Of a DNA stretch of 64,000 nucleotides, positions 38,646 through 48,245 are shown piece by piece; within the stretch, counting starts at the first letter, position 1, and the number at the start of each line of letters is the position of its first letter. The notes below the pieces were generated by a model, which saw only the letters and a program-made list of their open reading frames with translations, had not been told where the DNA came from and did not search any database. The translations under genes and the position numbers were made by a program. Source of the stretch: Candidatus Latescibacterota bacterium (GTDB lineage: Bacteria > Latescibacterota > UBA2968 > UBA8231). The stretch lies in contig OZ253462.1 in the NCBI GenBank assembly GCA_965261395.1, forward strand, positions 1,664,001 to 1,728,000. Direction: 5' to 3'.

Positions 38646-39449
38646 ATGACCGATCTCACCATGAGTGCCGAACAGATTCGCCAGTTTGACGAGGACGGCT
38701 ACCTAATCCTCGAAAACCTCTTGCCCCCGGAGGATGTCGAGCGAATTTTGCGCATCGCCCGCCGCGATCCTCAGTTGGCCGCCGACGCCAAGGGCAACCA
38801 GAACTACGAGGGCGCAGGACTCGACACCCGCCTATCCTACCGCCCCGGCCTTGCCGACGATGTGTACAGCGCCTTGGCTCGCAGCCGCCGACTCGTCGAA
38901 CCACTCGAACAGTTGTTCGGCGACCGGGTGCGCTACTACTATCAATTGCAAATGCTGAAAGATCCGCAGACCGGCGGGTGGCAATATCACCAGGACTACG
39001 GCTACCACTACGAGCAATTCTTTTACCCCGCGTTCGCCAGCGTCATGGTCGCCCTCGATCCGGCCACCCGCGCCAATGGTTGCCTGAAAGTGGTGCGCGG
39101 CTCCAACCGCCTAGGCCGGCTCGAACACCAGTCCTCCGGCTCCCAGCGCATCGCCGATCCGCAGCGAGTCGCAATGGCGCTGCAGGAAATGGAGGAGGTG
39201 TACTGTGAACTGGCGCCGGGATCGGTTCTATACTTTCACGGCAACACGCTGCACGCCTCAGAGCCAAACCTTAGCTCGCAGCCGCGCTGGTCGTTCATCT
39301 ACGCATACGTGGCTGCCTCCAATACGTACGTCCTGCCCGACTGGCCCGACGACCAGTGTCCCCTCATAGAAAAATGGGACGATTCCAAAGTGGACGCCGC
39401 TGCTCGGCGACACTGGGAGGCCGTGGCCGCAACTAAAAAAAGAGGATAA
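38646..39449 (+). CDS. PhyH family dioxygenase
   Basis: QFDEDGYLIL, YHQDYGY, NGCLKVVRGS, PGSVLYFHGNTLHAS. Confidence 0.92.
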   Translation: MTDLTMSAEQIRQFDEDGYLILENLLPPEDVERILRIARRDPQLAADAKGNQNYEGAGLDTRLSYRPGLADDVYSALARSRRLVEPLEQLFGDRVRYYYQLQMLKDPQTGGWQYHQDYGYHYEQFFYPAFASVMVALDPATRANGCLKVVRGSNRLGRLEHQSSGSQRIADPQRVAMALQEMEEVYCELAPGSVLYFHGNTLHASEPNLSSQPRWSFIYAYVAASNTYVLPDWPDDQCPLIEKWDDSKVDAAARRHWEAVAATKKRG

Positions 39450-39451
39450 GC

Positions 39452-40270
39452 GTGGAGGATTTCAGAGGGAACGTTGCAGCCGTTTTAATGGTTGCTTCTG
39501 CATTGTGCTTTATTCATGCCGTTCCCGGGCTGTCGCAGCCGGCCGATAAAAAAAGAAAGGTGTACGTCGGCACTATGGTGGCCGTCACTTTTGGCCAAGA
39601 CCTGCACCATAAAACGGCTTTTACCACCCCTGATAATACAGAGATGACAGTTTCGAGCCATCTCGTTATTGATTACGGAATCGGGTTCGCGGCCATTGCG
39701 GGAAAAGGAATTTCCGATTATACGGCGCTTGAATTTACCGGCTCTTGGGCGAGACTGCCATCCCATCTCGAAGTTCCCCTGCCCCTACCCACCTTCTTTA
39801 CGGAGGGGCTCTCCCAAAGCGGTTTTGAACTACCTAGCGGTTTCAACTATGACGGGAAATTAGTGACACTGCAGTCGAAGATCGATCTTTTGCTTTACCC
39901 GATAAAGATGGCCACGGGTCCCGGCGGCGGCGCGAAGCCGTACTTGGGAGGTGGCGTGGGAATCGTGCGATCGAACATGGACATGGATATTGAAAAGGAG
40001 GGGTCGCAGGCAGTTGTCGAGACTTTGGGGAGTTTTGCCGAACTGATCCCCAAAAATTTTGCCGAACTGATCCCCGAAAAGATAGACGAACTGATCCCCG
40101 AAAAGATAGACGAAAAAGAAACGGATTTTCAGTTGACCCTGCGCGCGGGCATAAACGTGCCCTTCAACAGCATAGACTTAGATTTGGGTTGGCAGTTTTA
40201 CAGAACATACGTTAAAGGGGAAGACAACAGTTCTCACGCGGCGGGCGGCATCCTGAAGTACGTGTTTTAA
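39452..40270 (+). CDS. Outer-membrane beta-barrel protein (OmpW/OmpA-like) with internal 8-aa tandem repeat
   Basis: Signal peptide, KPYLGGGVG, C-terminal KYVF. Confidence 0.75.
   Translation: MEDFRGNVAAVLMVASALCFIHAVPGLSQPADKKRKVYVGTMVAVTFGQDLHHKTAFTTPDNTEMTVSSHLVIDYGIGFAAIAGKGISDYTALEFTGSWARLPSHLEVPLPLPTFFTEGLSQSGFELPSGFNYDGKLVTLQSKIDLLLYPIKMATGPGGGAKPYLGGGVGIVRSNMDMDIEKEGSQAVVETLGSFAELIPKNFAELIPEKIDELIPEKIDEKETDFQLTLRAGINVPFNSIDLDLGWQFYRTYVKGEDNSSHAAGGILKYVF
40033..40114 (+). repeat. 24-bp in-frame tandem repeat, about 3.4 copies
   Basis: TTTTGCCGAACTGATCCCC(A/G)AAAA x2, GATAGACGAACTGATCCCCGAAAA, partial GATAGACGAA. Confidence 0.9.
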
Positions 40271-40274
40271 GCGC

Positions 40275-40631
40275 TCAGGGGTCGATCCACTCCTCCCGAA
40301 TGGTAAATGGCTCCCCGCGATCGATGTCGCTGTGGTGGATGATCAGGCGCAAGGTCCCTTCCGCGTCGATGACGTGCAGGTCGAGGGCCGTGTCCGATAC
40401 CCGGTGCGCGATTTGGCGGCAGATCAGTTGCCCGCCCGCCGTCTCGGTGCGCGTGTTGACCAGCGGCTCTGCGCCGCAGAACTCGCCGGTGAATTCGTAG
40501 CGTTCGATTTCGACCAGATTGCCGTCCGCGTCGTAAACATGCGCGATAGCACCGTCCTTAAGCTCTTCCTGCATTTCCTTGTGCCAGCCGGGTTGCCAGC
40601 GGTCTCGGCACATCGGCATGCGCTTGCCCAT
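40275..40631 (-). CDS. Hypothetical protein
   Basis: 118-aa ORF with purine-rich upstream sequence and protein-like composition. Confidence 0.55.
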   Translation of the reverse strand: MGKRMPMCRDRWQPGWHKEMQEELKDGAIAHVYDADGNLVEIERYEFTGEFCGAEPLVNTRTETAGGQLICRQIAHRVSDTALDLHVIDAEGTLRLIIHHSDIDRGEPFTIREEWIDP

Positions 40632-40852
40632 GTTTTGCTCTTCTCATCTACGCCAAAAAGCGTTTGGCATTCCCGGCAAAGTGATCCTCGATTCCATCCC
40701 CGTCAATCCCAGCACTCAGCACCTTGACAGAATTATCGTTACAGTTCCTTATTATGATTATGCGCAAATGGAGCAACTTATATCGCTTAATTAACGATGG
40801 GATTAGCTAATGGAAAAAAAGCAAGCTACCATCAAAGATATTGCACGGGAGT

Positions 40853-42037
40853 GGCTTTGGTGCATGAATTGGTGTTTTTTTCGGTTGATCGGTTGAATAA
40901 AAACAGGCTCCTCAGTAGATTGAGCACGACTTTCGCCAAAAAACCCATGCTTTCTCGTCCAAGGAACCTGTCATGGCCAACCTATCGTCTTGCCCCTCTT
41001 CCGTCAAGCCTGGTCGCTCGCCTCGCCGTCGCTCCAACGTCGTGTACCGGGTACGTAATTGGGCCGACTATGAGGCCGGGCTGCAACAGCGCGGTAGTCT
41101 GACGGTGTGGTTCACGCCCCAGGCCGTCGAAGCTTGGTATTATCAAGGGCCGCCTCAGCGGGGGGCGCAATATACCTTTTCGGAGGTCGCCATCCAAACG
41201 GCGTTGACGCTGCGTCTTTTGTATCACTTGCCCCTACGCCAAACCGAGGGGTTTGTCGCTTCGGTGTTGGCCCTGATGGGCTTGGATCTGCGGGTGCCCG
41301 ATCACACGACCCTGTCGCGCCGTCAGGCGGGTTTAGCCGTGGCGTGGCCGCCCCAGCGGGGAGACCAACCGATGCACTTGGTGGTGGATTCGACCGGGCT
41401 GAAAGTGTATGGCGAAGGCGAATGGAAGGTGCGTCAGCACGGCTGGAGCAAGCGGCGCACGTGGCGCAAATTGCACCTCGGGGTTAATGAAGCCACCGGC
41501 GAGATCGTCGCGCAGACCTTGACGACGAATAGCCACGATGATGCGGGGCAGGTGGAGCCGTTGCTGGCACAGATCGAGGCCCCCGTGGAGGCGTTGGGCG
41601 GCGATGGGGCCTATGACAAACGCAAGGTGTTCAAGGCGTTGGCCGCGCCCGAGCAGGGGGCACCTATTCATCCGATCATTCCGCCGCGCAAGGACGCCAA
41701 AATCGAGCAACATGGCAACACCAACGCCGAGCCGTTGCCCCGCGATGAGACGATTCGAGCCATCCGCAAACGGGGCCGTCGAGGTTGGAAACACGAGAGC
41801 GGCTATCATCGACGCTCGGTAGCCGAAACGCAGATAGGCCGCTACAAACAGATACTTGGTGACACCTTGCGCACCCGAACCCTAACCAACCAACAGACCG
41901 AAGCGCGGTTGGGCTGTGCCTTGCTCAACCGGATGCGGGCGTTGGCGAAACCTGAGTCCTATCCGCTAACCAAAAAAGCGTAAATCACACGCGAAAGAAG
42001 CCAACACGGCCCCGACCGGTTTTCATGCAACAAAGCC
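40853..42037 (+). mobile_element. IS5 family (IS903 group) insertion sequence, 1185 bp, 9-bp TSD CACGGGAGT
   Basis: IRs GGCTTTGGTGCATGAA / TTCATGCAACAAAGCC; TSD at 40844-40852 and 42038-42046. Confidence 0.95.
40973..41983 (+). CDS. IS5/IS903-group DDE transposase
   Basis: YRVRNWADY...RGSLTVW, PDHTTLSRR, DSTGLKVYGEGEW, WRKLH, GDGAYD, GYHRRSVAET. Confidence 0.95.
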   Translation: MANLSSCPSSVKPGRSPRRRSNVVYRVRNWADYEAGLQQRGSLTVWFTPQAVEAWYYQGPPQRGAQYTFSEVAIQTALTLRLLYHLPLRQTEGFVASVLALMGLDLRVPDHTTLSRRQAGLAVAWPPQRGDQPMHLVVDSTGLKVYGEGEWKVRQHGWSKRRTWRKLHLGVNEATGEIVAQTLTTNSHDDAGQVEPLLAQIEAPVEALGGDGAYDKRKVFKALAAPEQGAPIHPIIPPRKDAKIEQHGNTNAEPLPRDETIRAIRKRGRRGWKHESGYHRRSVAETQIGRYKQILGDTLRTRTLTNQQTEARLGCALLNRMRALAKPESYPLTKKA

Positions 42038-43052
42038 CACGGGAGTTGAAGATTTCGCATTCAACCGTCTCTCGGGCACTATCTGAGGATCGGAAGGTGT
42101 CGGCCTTGGTGAAGGAGGAGACTCGAAAACGGGTGCAACAAAAAGCCACCGAGTTGGACTACAGTCCCAATTTGATGGCGCAGGGGTTTGTAACGGGGAG
42201 GACGGGTACCCTAGTCTGCTGACCCATCAGGTTTCCCGGGCGATGTTTAGCAGTCAGATTGATCAGATTCTGCAGGCGGTTAACAAGCATAATTATCATA
42301 TCGTGGTGGGCATGGCCGTTAACCGGACTCCTCTGATTCCACAAGACGACCAGACCACGCAGATCAAGCAGTTGCTTTCCCGGGGTGTAGACGGGCTGTT
42401 GATTAATGCGCGGGGCCACGAAGATGAGTCCGAGCGCATTTTGACTGCCGTGCGGGGACGAGTGCCGGTGGTGACGTTTCACCACCCGACGCTCAACCTG
42501 GGCGGGGTCGTGTTGGACCTTATGACAGATTTTTTTGAGGTCACAGAGCATTTGATCAAGTTGGGGCACGAGCGGATCGGGTTTATCGGCCCGGGCTGGG
42601 ATGATGCCGGCGCGATTTCGTCCAAGGCCAAGGGGTATTTACAGGCGATGCAAAAGCACGGCCTGTCGTACGAATCCCTACCGGCCTTGGGCCTCCATGC
42701 GGAAGGGGGGTATCGTCTGGGCCAAAGGCTTGGCGACCGGTTTACGGCTATTGTGTGCCGGGACGATCATACGGCCATAGGTGTTTGTCGCGGGCTGCGG
42801 GAATTAGGTCTTCGCGTGCCCGAGGATGTGGCTGTGGTGGGTTGGGGAGATATAGGCGTGGCGGCGTATGTGACACCGGCACTGACGACCCTGGCAATTC
42901 CCTACGAGGCGATTGCCGAGGCGGCGATGGAACTGATGCTGGAACAGCTTGAGGGGCAGGAGACGCCTCGGCAAATAACCTTGAGATCGCCTCTGGTCGT
43001 GCGGGAGTCCTGCGGGGCGAACATAAGTGAAAAATGATCGAAAGGGCGCGCA

Positions 43053-43081
43053 TTGCCCCGAGTGAGGGCGCGGCCTATATT
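43053..43081 (+). promoter_or_regulatory. Sigma70-like promoter upstream of the riboswitch
   Basis: TTGCCC-N17-TATATT. Confidence 0.45.
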
Positions 43082-43104
43082 GTAGAGACATTGAGAATAT
43101 AGTT

Positions 43105-43188
43105 TCCGTTGGGGGTGGCCCGGTAGCGGGCCTGAGATTTTAATACCCTTCGAACCTGAACTGGATCGTGCCAGCGTAGGGAAACGGA
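43105..43188 (+). ncRNA. TPP (THI-box) riboswitch
   Basis: P1 TCCGTT/AACGGA, GGGG...CTGAGA...ATACCC, GAACCTGA, TGGATCGTGCCAGCGTAGGGAA; upstream of thiamine genes. Confidence 0.93.
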
Positions 43189-43208
43189 TGTCGTACGAAC
43201 CGCGTACG

Positions 43209-43242
43209 AACCGCTGGCCCATCTTGGGCAAGCGGTTTTTTT
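43209..43242 (+). terminator. Intrinsic terminator of the riboswitch expression platform
   Basis: AACCGCT.GCCC-loop-GGGC.AGCGGTT followed by T-run. Confidence 0.8.
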
Positions 43243-43293
43243 GTGCGCCCTCGACGGAATTCTTCCGCAAATGCGAAACGAGGGAGCAGATAT

Positions 43294-45635
43294 ATGAAAA
43301 TTTCAATGCCGTTGGTCAGCTTGCTGACCGGTTTATTGACGCTGCCGGCGCTGTCCTGGGCGCAGGCCGAGGAGGTACCCGGCTTGGTGTTGGATGCGGC
43401 CACGAGTCGTCCTTGGAAGGGGCCAATGTGCAGGTCGGCAACACGGCCACTACCACCGACGCCCAAGGCCGCTTCAAGGTGGAGGCGGCTCCGGGCGACT
43501 CGCTCAACATTTCCTTTATCGGCTACCAGCGCGCACGGGTAGCGGTCGTCTTGCCGCTGGTCGTGGCCCTGGAGCGCGCGATTTTGCAAGTGCCCGAAGT
43601 GGTGGTGGAAGGCGGCTTGGTGCGCCAGCGGCTCGACCGCTTGGCCGCCAGCGTCACGGTGGTAGATGGAGATCGTTCCCGGACCAGCGGGGCCGGGCAC
43701 TTGCAGGACGCGACCCATGCGGTGCCCAATTTGAATTGGGCCGGTGGCTCGTCTCGGCCGCGCTATTTCCAGATCCGGGGCATTGGCGAGCGCAGCCATT
43801 ACGCCGGCGAAGGGCCGCCTAGTTTTTCGGTGGGATTCGTCATGGACGATGTTGACTTGAGCGGCATGGGCACGGCTGGTTTGCTCTTTGACGTCGATCA
43901 GGTCGAAGTCTTCAAAGGCCCCCAGTCAACTATTTTTGGCCCCAACGCCTTGGCCGGGCTGATCAACTTGCGCTCGGCCGATCCCCAGCAGGGGTTTGCC
44001 GGGATGGGCAGCGCCGAGATGGGCAGCGATGGGTTAGGGCGTTTTTCCGGGGCGGTGAACCTGCCGGTCGGGACCGATTTGGCGCTGCGCGTGGGGTACG
44101 AGAATGGCCGTGCCAACGGCTTTCGCAGCAACGCCTTTCTCGACGCCGACGATACCAACGGCCGCCGCGAGCAATTGCTGCGCGCCAAGGTCGGCTGGAC
44201 CCCGGCGGCTGGCCCCGAGGTGTTGGGCACCTTCTTTTGGGCCGATATGGACAATGGGTACGACGCTTGGGTGCCCGACAACAACGAGGATTTGACCACC
44301 TACTCCGACAAGCCGGGCAAGGACCGCCAACAGACGACCGGGGCCTCGCTTAAGAGCACTTGGGGGCTGGGCGCGAGCGGTGCCGAACTGGTGACAATTA
44401 CTGCGTTTTCGCGCAGCGAATTGGAGCACAGCTTCGACGGCGATTGGGGCAACGACGAGTACTGGCTGCAAGCGCCGTACAACTTCGATCCAGACGTCGA
44501 GGGATGGAACTACGACTTTTTCGACCACAATGTGCGAGACCGCACGGTTGTGAGCCAGGAGGCCCGGCTCTTGGTCGAGGAACTAGTGGTGGGAGCCTAT
44601 TGGAAGCGGCTCGAAGAAGAAGACGATGCCGCGGGCTATTTGTTCGGCGGCGACGCCACGGACCTGAACGGGCGCTACGAGATCGACAACTTGGCTTTTT
44701 ACGGTCAGTACGGGCTGGCCTTGGGCGAGGGATTGCGGCTGGAAGTCAATGCGCGGATCGACCGCAACGATACGGTTTATGAAGGAACGACGACGAATTA
44801 CGGGGCCGACAGCACCAGCACCGCTTTCGCTGTCGATCAATGGCTGGGCGGCGGCAAAGCGGCCCTCAGTTACAACTGGCGTCCGGGCCAAACCCTGTAC
44901 GCTTCGGCCTCGCGCGGTTACCGCTCCGGCGGGGTCAACCAGCACCCGTACTTGGCCGCGGAAAACCGCCCCTATGACCCCGAGTACATAGTCAATCTTG
45001 AAATCGGCTGGCGGGGCAGCGGACCGCGTTATTCCACCGGGCTTACCCTATTCCACGCCCTGCGCTCGGACCAGCAGGTCGAACTGTCGAGCCAGCAGGA
45101 TCCCGGCGACCCCAACAGCTTTTTCTACTTCACGGCCAATGCCGTCACAGGCCGCAACAGTGGCATAGAATGGGAGTCAACCGTCCTTCTCCTGCCCCAA
45201 GTCGAACTCTCCGGCTCGCTGGGTCTGCTCACTACTCACATTGATACGTACACCTTTCCCACGGAAGACGGGGAAGTAACGCTGGGCGACCGGGCCGCCG
45301 CCCACGCCCCCAACTACACCTTTAGCTTGGGCGGCGAATACCGCCATCGGTCGGGTTTGGGCGCGCGGCTGGCCCTGACCGGCATGGACCAATTCTTCTA
45401 CTCCGATGGCCACGACCAAGTCTCAGAGCCGTACCAATTGGTCAACGGTCACATCGCCTATCAGTTGGGTACATGGTCTGTGCAGTTATGGGGCCGCAAC
45501 TTGCTCGACGAACGCTATGGGGTGCGGGGCTTCTACTTTGGCTTGGAGCCGCCCGATTACGCCGACAAGCTGTACAAAACCTACGGCGATCCGCGCCAAG
45601 TCGGCGTGCGGCTGACGACGCGATTTGGAGACTAA
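43294..45635 (+). CDS. TonB-dependent receptor, probably for thiamine; 1-nt frameshift near 43411 after the signal peptide
   Basis: ATG 43294 MKISMPLV...SWAQ signal peptide in another frame joins LEGANV...; FQIRGIG, VEVFKGPQSTIFG, WGRNLLDERY; TPP riboswitch upstream. Confidence 0.85.
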
Positions 45636-46308
45636 AGCCGTGGGCGGTCAGTTCGCTTTAATCGTCGGCAACGGCGAGCCGCCTTCCCGAGAATTATTCG
45701 CCGCCTGCGCCCAAGAAGCCGAGCTGATCCTGTGCGCCGATGGCGGAGCTAATACCGCCTCGGCGTACGGGTACGTGCCCGATTACGTCGTCGGCGACCT
45801 CGATTCGGTCAGCCCCCAAAGCAAGGCCGCCCTTGCCGCCGACCGCCTCATCCTCGTTGACCCCGAAGGCGATATAGCCACGGATGGCCAGAAAGTCCTC
45901 AACCACGCTGTTGCCTTGGGCGTCACCCAAGCCGTCCTCCTCGGTTTTACGGGACGGCGCACCGACCATCTGCTGGGCAATTTGAGCCTGCTCAAGACCT
46001 TTGCCGACCGCCTCGCCTTGCGAATAGTTGACGATTACTGCGACATCCGCCTCATCGACCGCCGCATTCGCTTCCGCGCCGCCCTTGGCCAGAAAATTTC
46101 CCTGTGCCCACTCGACGGCGCGGCCGAGGGTGTTGAGACGTCTGGATTAAAGTGGCCCCTGCGGTCCGAGAGCCTCATTCCGGGCGTGCGCGGCGGCATC
46201 TCCAACGAGGTGGTGGACAACCCGGTCGAAATTCGGGTCGGGCGCGGCGATCTACTGTTGTGTGTACAGCGGGAGAGCGCGTCTGGGCAAATCGAGTTGC
46301 TGGATTAG
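45625..46308 (+). CDS. thiN: Thiamine diphosphokinase
   Basis: ILCADGGAN, PDYVVGDLDS, TD, GRRTDHLLGNL, GLKWPL, GISN. Confidence 0.93.
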   Translation: METKAVGGQFALIVGNGEPPSRELFAACAQEAELILCADGGANTASAYGYVPDYVVGDLDSVSPQSKAALAADRLILVDPEGDIATDGQKVLNHAVALGVTQAVLLGFTGRRTDHLLGNLSLLKTFADRLALRIVDDYCDIRLIDRRIRFRAALGQKISLCPLDGAAEGVETSGLKWPLRSESLIPGVRGGISNEVVDNPVEIRVGRGDLLLCVQRESASGQIELLD

Positions 46309-46320
46309 TTCCCCGACGAG

Positions 46321-47271
46321 TCAGGCCGAGCAGCTAGCGCCTCCGAGGACGCAGAACTGGGCGCAGTGGGGGTGGTTGAGCTTCACCGGGCTCCAGGCTT
46401 CGGCTAGGGTCCGGCCCATCTCAAAGGCCGCGTCGTACGGCAGCAGGGTACAGGGGAGCACGACTGGAGAATCCGCTCCCTTGCGCTTGACGACCATGCG
46501 CGACGAGGCGCACATGATGTCGTCGGGCGACTGGCCGAGAAGGTCCCAGCAGCCGGTGGTGATCTCGGGCACGTCAACGGAGGAGTTCATCTCTGGGAAG
46601 ATGATGAGCTGGCTGGGGTCGATCGCGTCAATGCGCACGCCGAGGTCGGCGAAGAGACGGGCGAAGTCAGCACGCAATTCGCTCTCTTCGTCACCCCAGA
46701 GCGTGCGGCCAGCGGCTGTTAAGCGAAAGCCGCAATCGGAGAGCCAGCGCAAGCCCTCGATCATTGGTGTCCAAGAGTGCTCGCCGCGCTCCGCCTCGTG
46801 CTGCGTCGACTCGTAGTGGTCGATGGAGACGCGGATCGTCAGCCGCTCGCCGTGCGCCTCGCGCAGCCGCAGCAGGCCGTCGGCGCACTTCATCATCGGT
46901 CGCATGGCGTTGGTCAGCACCAAGCTCTCGAAACCCCGCTCCAGCACGTCCTCAAGCATGCCGAGCATCTCGGGATTCATAAAAGGCTCGCCGCCAGTGA
47001 AGCCGATCGCGCGCGTGCCCAGCCGGTCGCGCTCGATCTCGTCGAGATAGGCGGCCACTTCTGCCGCTGTGAGGTACATTAGACGGTCGTTGCGCGGACT
47101 CGATTCGATGTAGCAGTTGGTACATTCTAGGTTGCAAAGGGTGCCGGTGTTGAACCACAAGGTTTCCAGCCGCGTCAACGCTACGCGAGCTCGCTCCTCT
47201 CCGTCGGCGGTGACGTCGGGGTCTTGGAACTTGCGTGGGTCTAGGCGGGGCGGGGCTTGCGCTTGTGTCAT
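46321..47271 (-). CDS. Radical SAM protein
   Basis: GGAGG RBS, start MTQAQ at 47271; CNLECTNC, FTGGEPF, Cys-rich C-terminus (HPHCAQFCVLGGASC). Confidence 0.9.
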   Translation of the reverse strand: MTQAQAPPRLDPRKFQDPDVTADGEERARVALTRLETLWFNTGTLCNLECTNCYIESSPRNDRLMYLTAAEVAAYLDEIERDRLGTRAIGFTGGEPFMNPEMLGMLEDVLERGFESLVLTNAMRPMMKCADGLLRLREAHGERLTIRVSIDHYESTQHEAERGEHSWTPMIEGLRWLSDCGFRLTAAGRTLWGDEESELRADFARLFADLGVRIDAIDPSQLIIFPEMNSSVDVPEITTGCWDLLGQSPDDIMCASSRMVVKRKGADSPVVLPCTLLPYDAAFEMGRTLAEAWSPVKLNHPHCAQFCVLGGASCSA

Positions 47272-47481
47272 GCTGCCTCCGGTCTGGGTCTCGTCGTCCA
47301 AGGCGACGGAGATGCGGGTGTTGACCGCTTGGGCGTCGTGCGGCTGCACAAAGAGTCGATAGCTTAATAGACTGTCAAGGTAAGCTACAGTTCTGGGAGC
47401 CGTATTTACAGGGGCTATGGGTGGAGGAGGGTTGCGGCGCGATCGTAAAGTAGAGTCTTATCTAGGGCCTCCGCGATGGCC

Positions 47482-47586
47482 TCTCCAACGAGGTGGTGGA
47501 CAACCCGGTAAATGGTGGGACGCGGCGATCTGCTGTTGTGCGTGCAGCGGCAGCGCGCGTCCGGGCAGATCGAGCCGCTGAATTAG
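47482..47586 (+). repeat. Diverged duplicate of the thiN 3' end (46199-46308)
   Basis: 28-bp identity TCTCCAACGAGGTGGTGGACAACCCGGT followed by similar sequence to the TAG. Confidence 0.9.
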
Positions 47587-48245
47587 TCGCTGTCCCAAGC
47601 CAGCGATAGTCGAACCCCAACCTGCCCGGTCCCCAGTTCCAAACGCGGGGCGACCGCCACTCCCTGCTCCTGCTTTTCGTCGCCCAACGCGAGCAACTGC
47701 CACCCAGCGAGGGCAAAGGCCGCCGCAGTCATCCAGCTCATCTGGCTTTGGGTGTCGCGGCTGTTGGCGCGGTCCAAAAAGCGCTCGGCTTCTTGCGGCG
47801 TGCTGGCCTTTTGGTAGCGCCGATAAGCGTCGTCGCCCTGCTGGCGAAAGTCCCAGCTTTTGACGAGCAGTATCGCGCTCCCGCCGCAAAGGGCCCAGCC
47901 CCAAGCGCGGCGCGACGTCATCCAGCCGCGATCTGCGCCCTTTACCGACCATGCCACCGCCCCTAAACCCATCGCCCCCATCACCACCGCCCGCGTGTCG
48001 AATCGCCGGCGCTCGTCGTAGAAGATCTGCGCGTCGCTTTTGGACTCTGCCCGCTCGTAGCGCTCGTCGGCCCGGTTGGCTTCCCGCCGCGCCTGATAGG
48101 CTTCGCTGAGCAGCCAGCCGCCGGCACCCAGCGCGATATAGCTGGCTACTTTGCGCGAGAGGCGCGGACCATCCGCTCGCGCCTCTCCGAGCGACGCCAG
48201 CGTCAGGATGCAGGCCAGTGTTAGAATGCTCCGTCTATTGTTCAC
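47583..48245 (-). CDS. Hypothetical exported/membrane protein with two internal repeats
   Basis: Signal peptide; two units of TM - (AD/DD)xYxRYxxA...A..F.D...DT - TM; start overlaps tolC stop. Confidence 0.7.
   Translation of the reverse strand: MNNRRSILTLACILTLASLGEARADGPRLSRKVASYIALGAGGWLLSEAYQARREANRADERYERAESKSDAQIFYDERRRFDTRAVVMGAMGLGAVAWSVKGADRGWMTSRRAWGWALCGGSAILLVKSWDFRQQGDDAYRRYQKASTPQEAERFLDRANSRDTQSQMSWMTAAAFALAGWQLLALGDEKQEQGVAVAPRLELGTGQVGVRLSLAWDSD

Larger units (their letters stand above)
40810..43037 (+). pseudogene. LacI family regulator disrupted by IS insertion and a later frameshift near 42214
   Basis: MEKKQATIKDIARE | LKISHSTVSRAL rejoin after removing IS + one TSD; HLIKLGHERIGFI, GLRVPEDVAVVG, LVVRESC. 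Confidence 0.92.

Noticed and set aside
40033-40114. Possible CRISPR array
   Set aside because: Units are contiguous, in-frame coding repeats with no spacers; no cas genes in the window
43188-43293. ORF-track start of the TonB receptor at 43188
   Set aside because: Overlaps the riboswitch and terminator; the real signal peptide starts at 43294 in another frame
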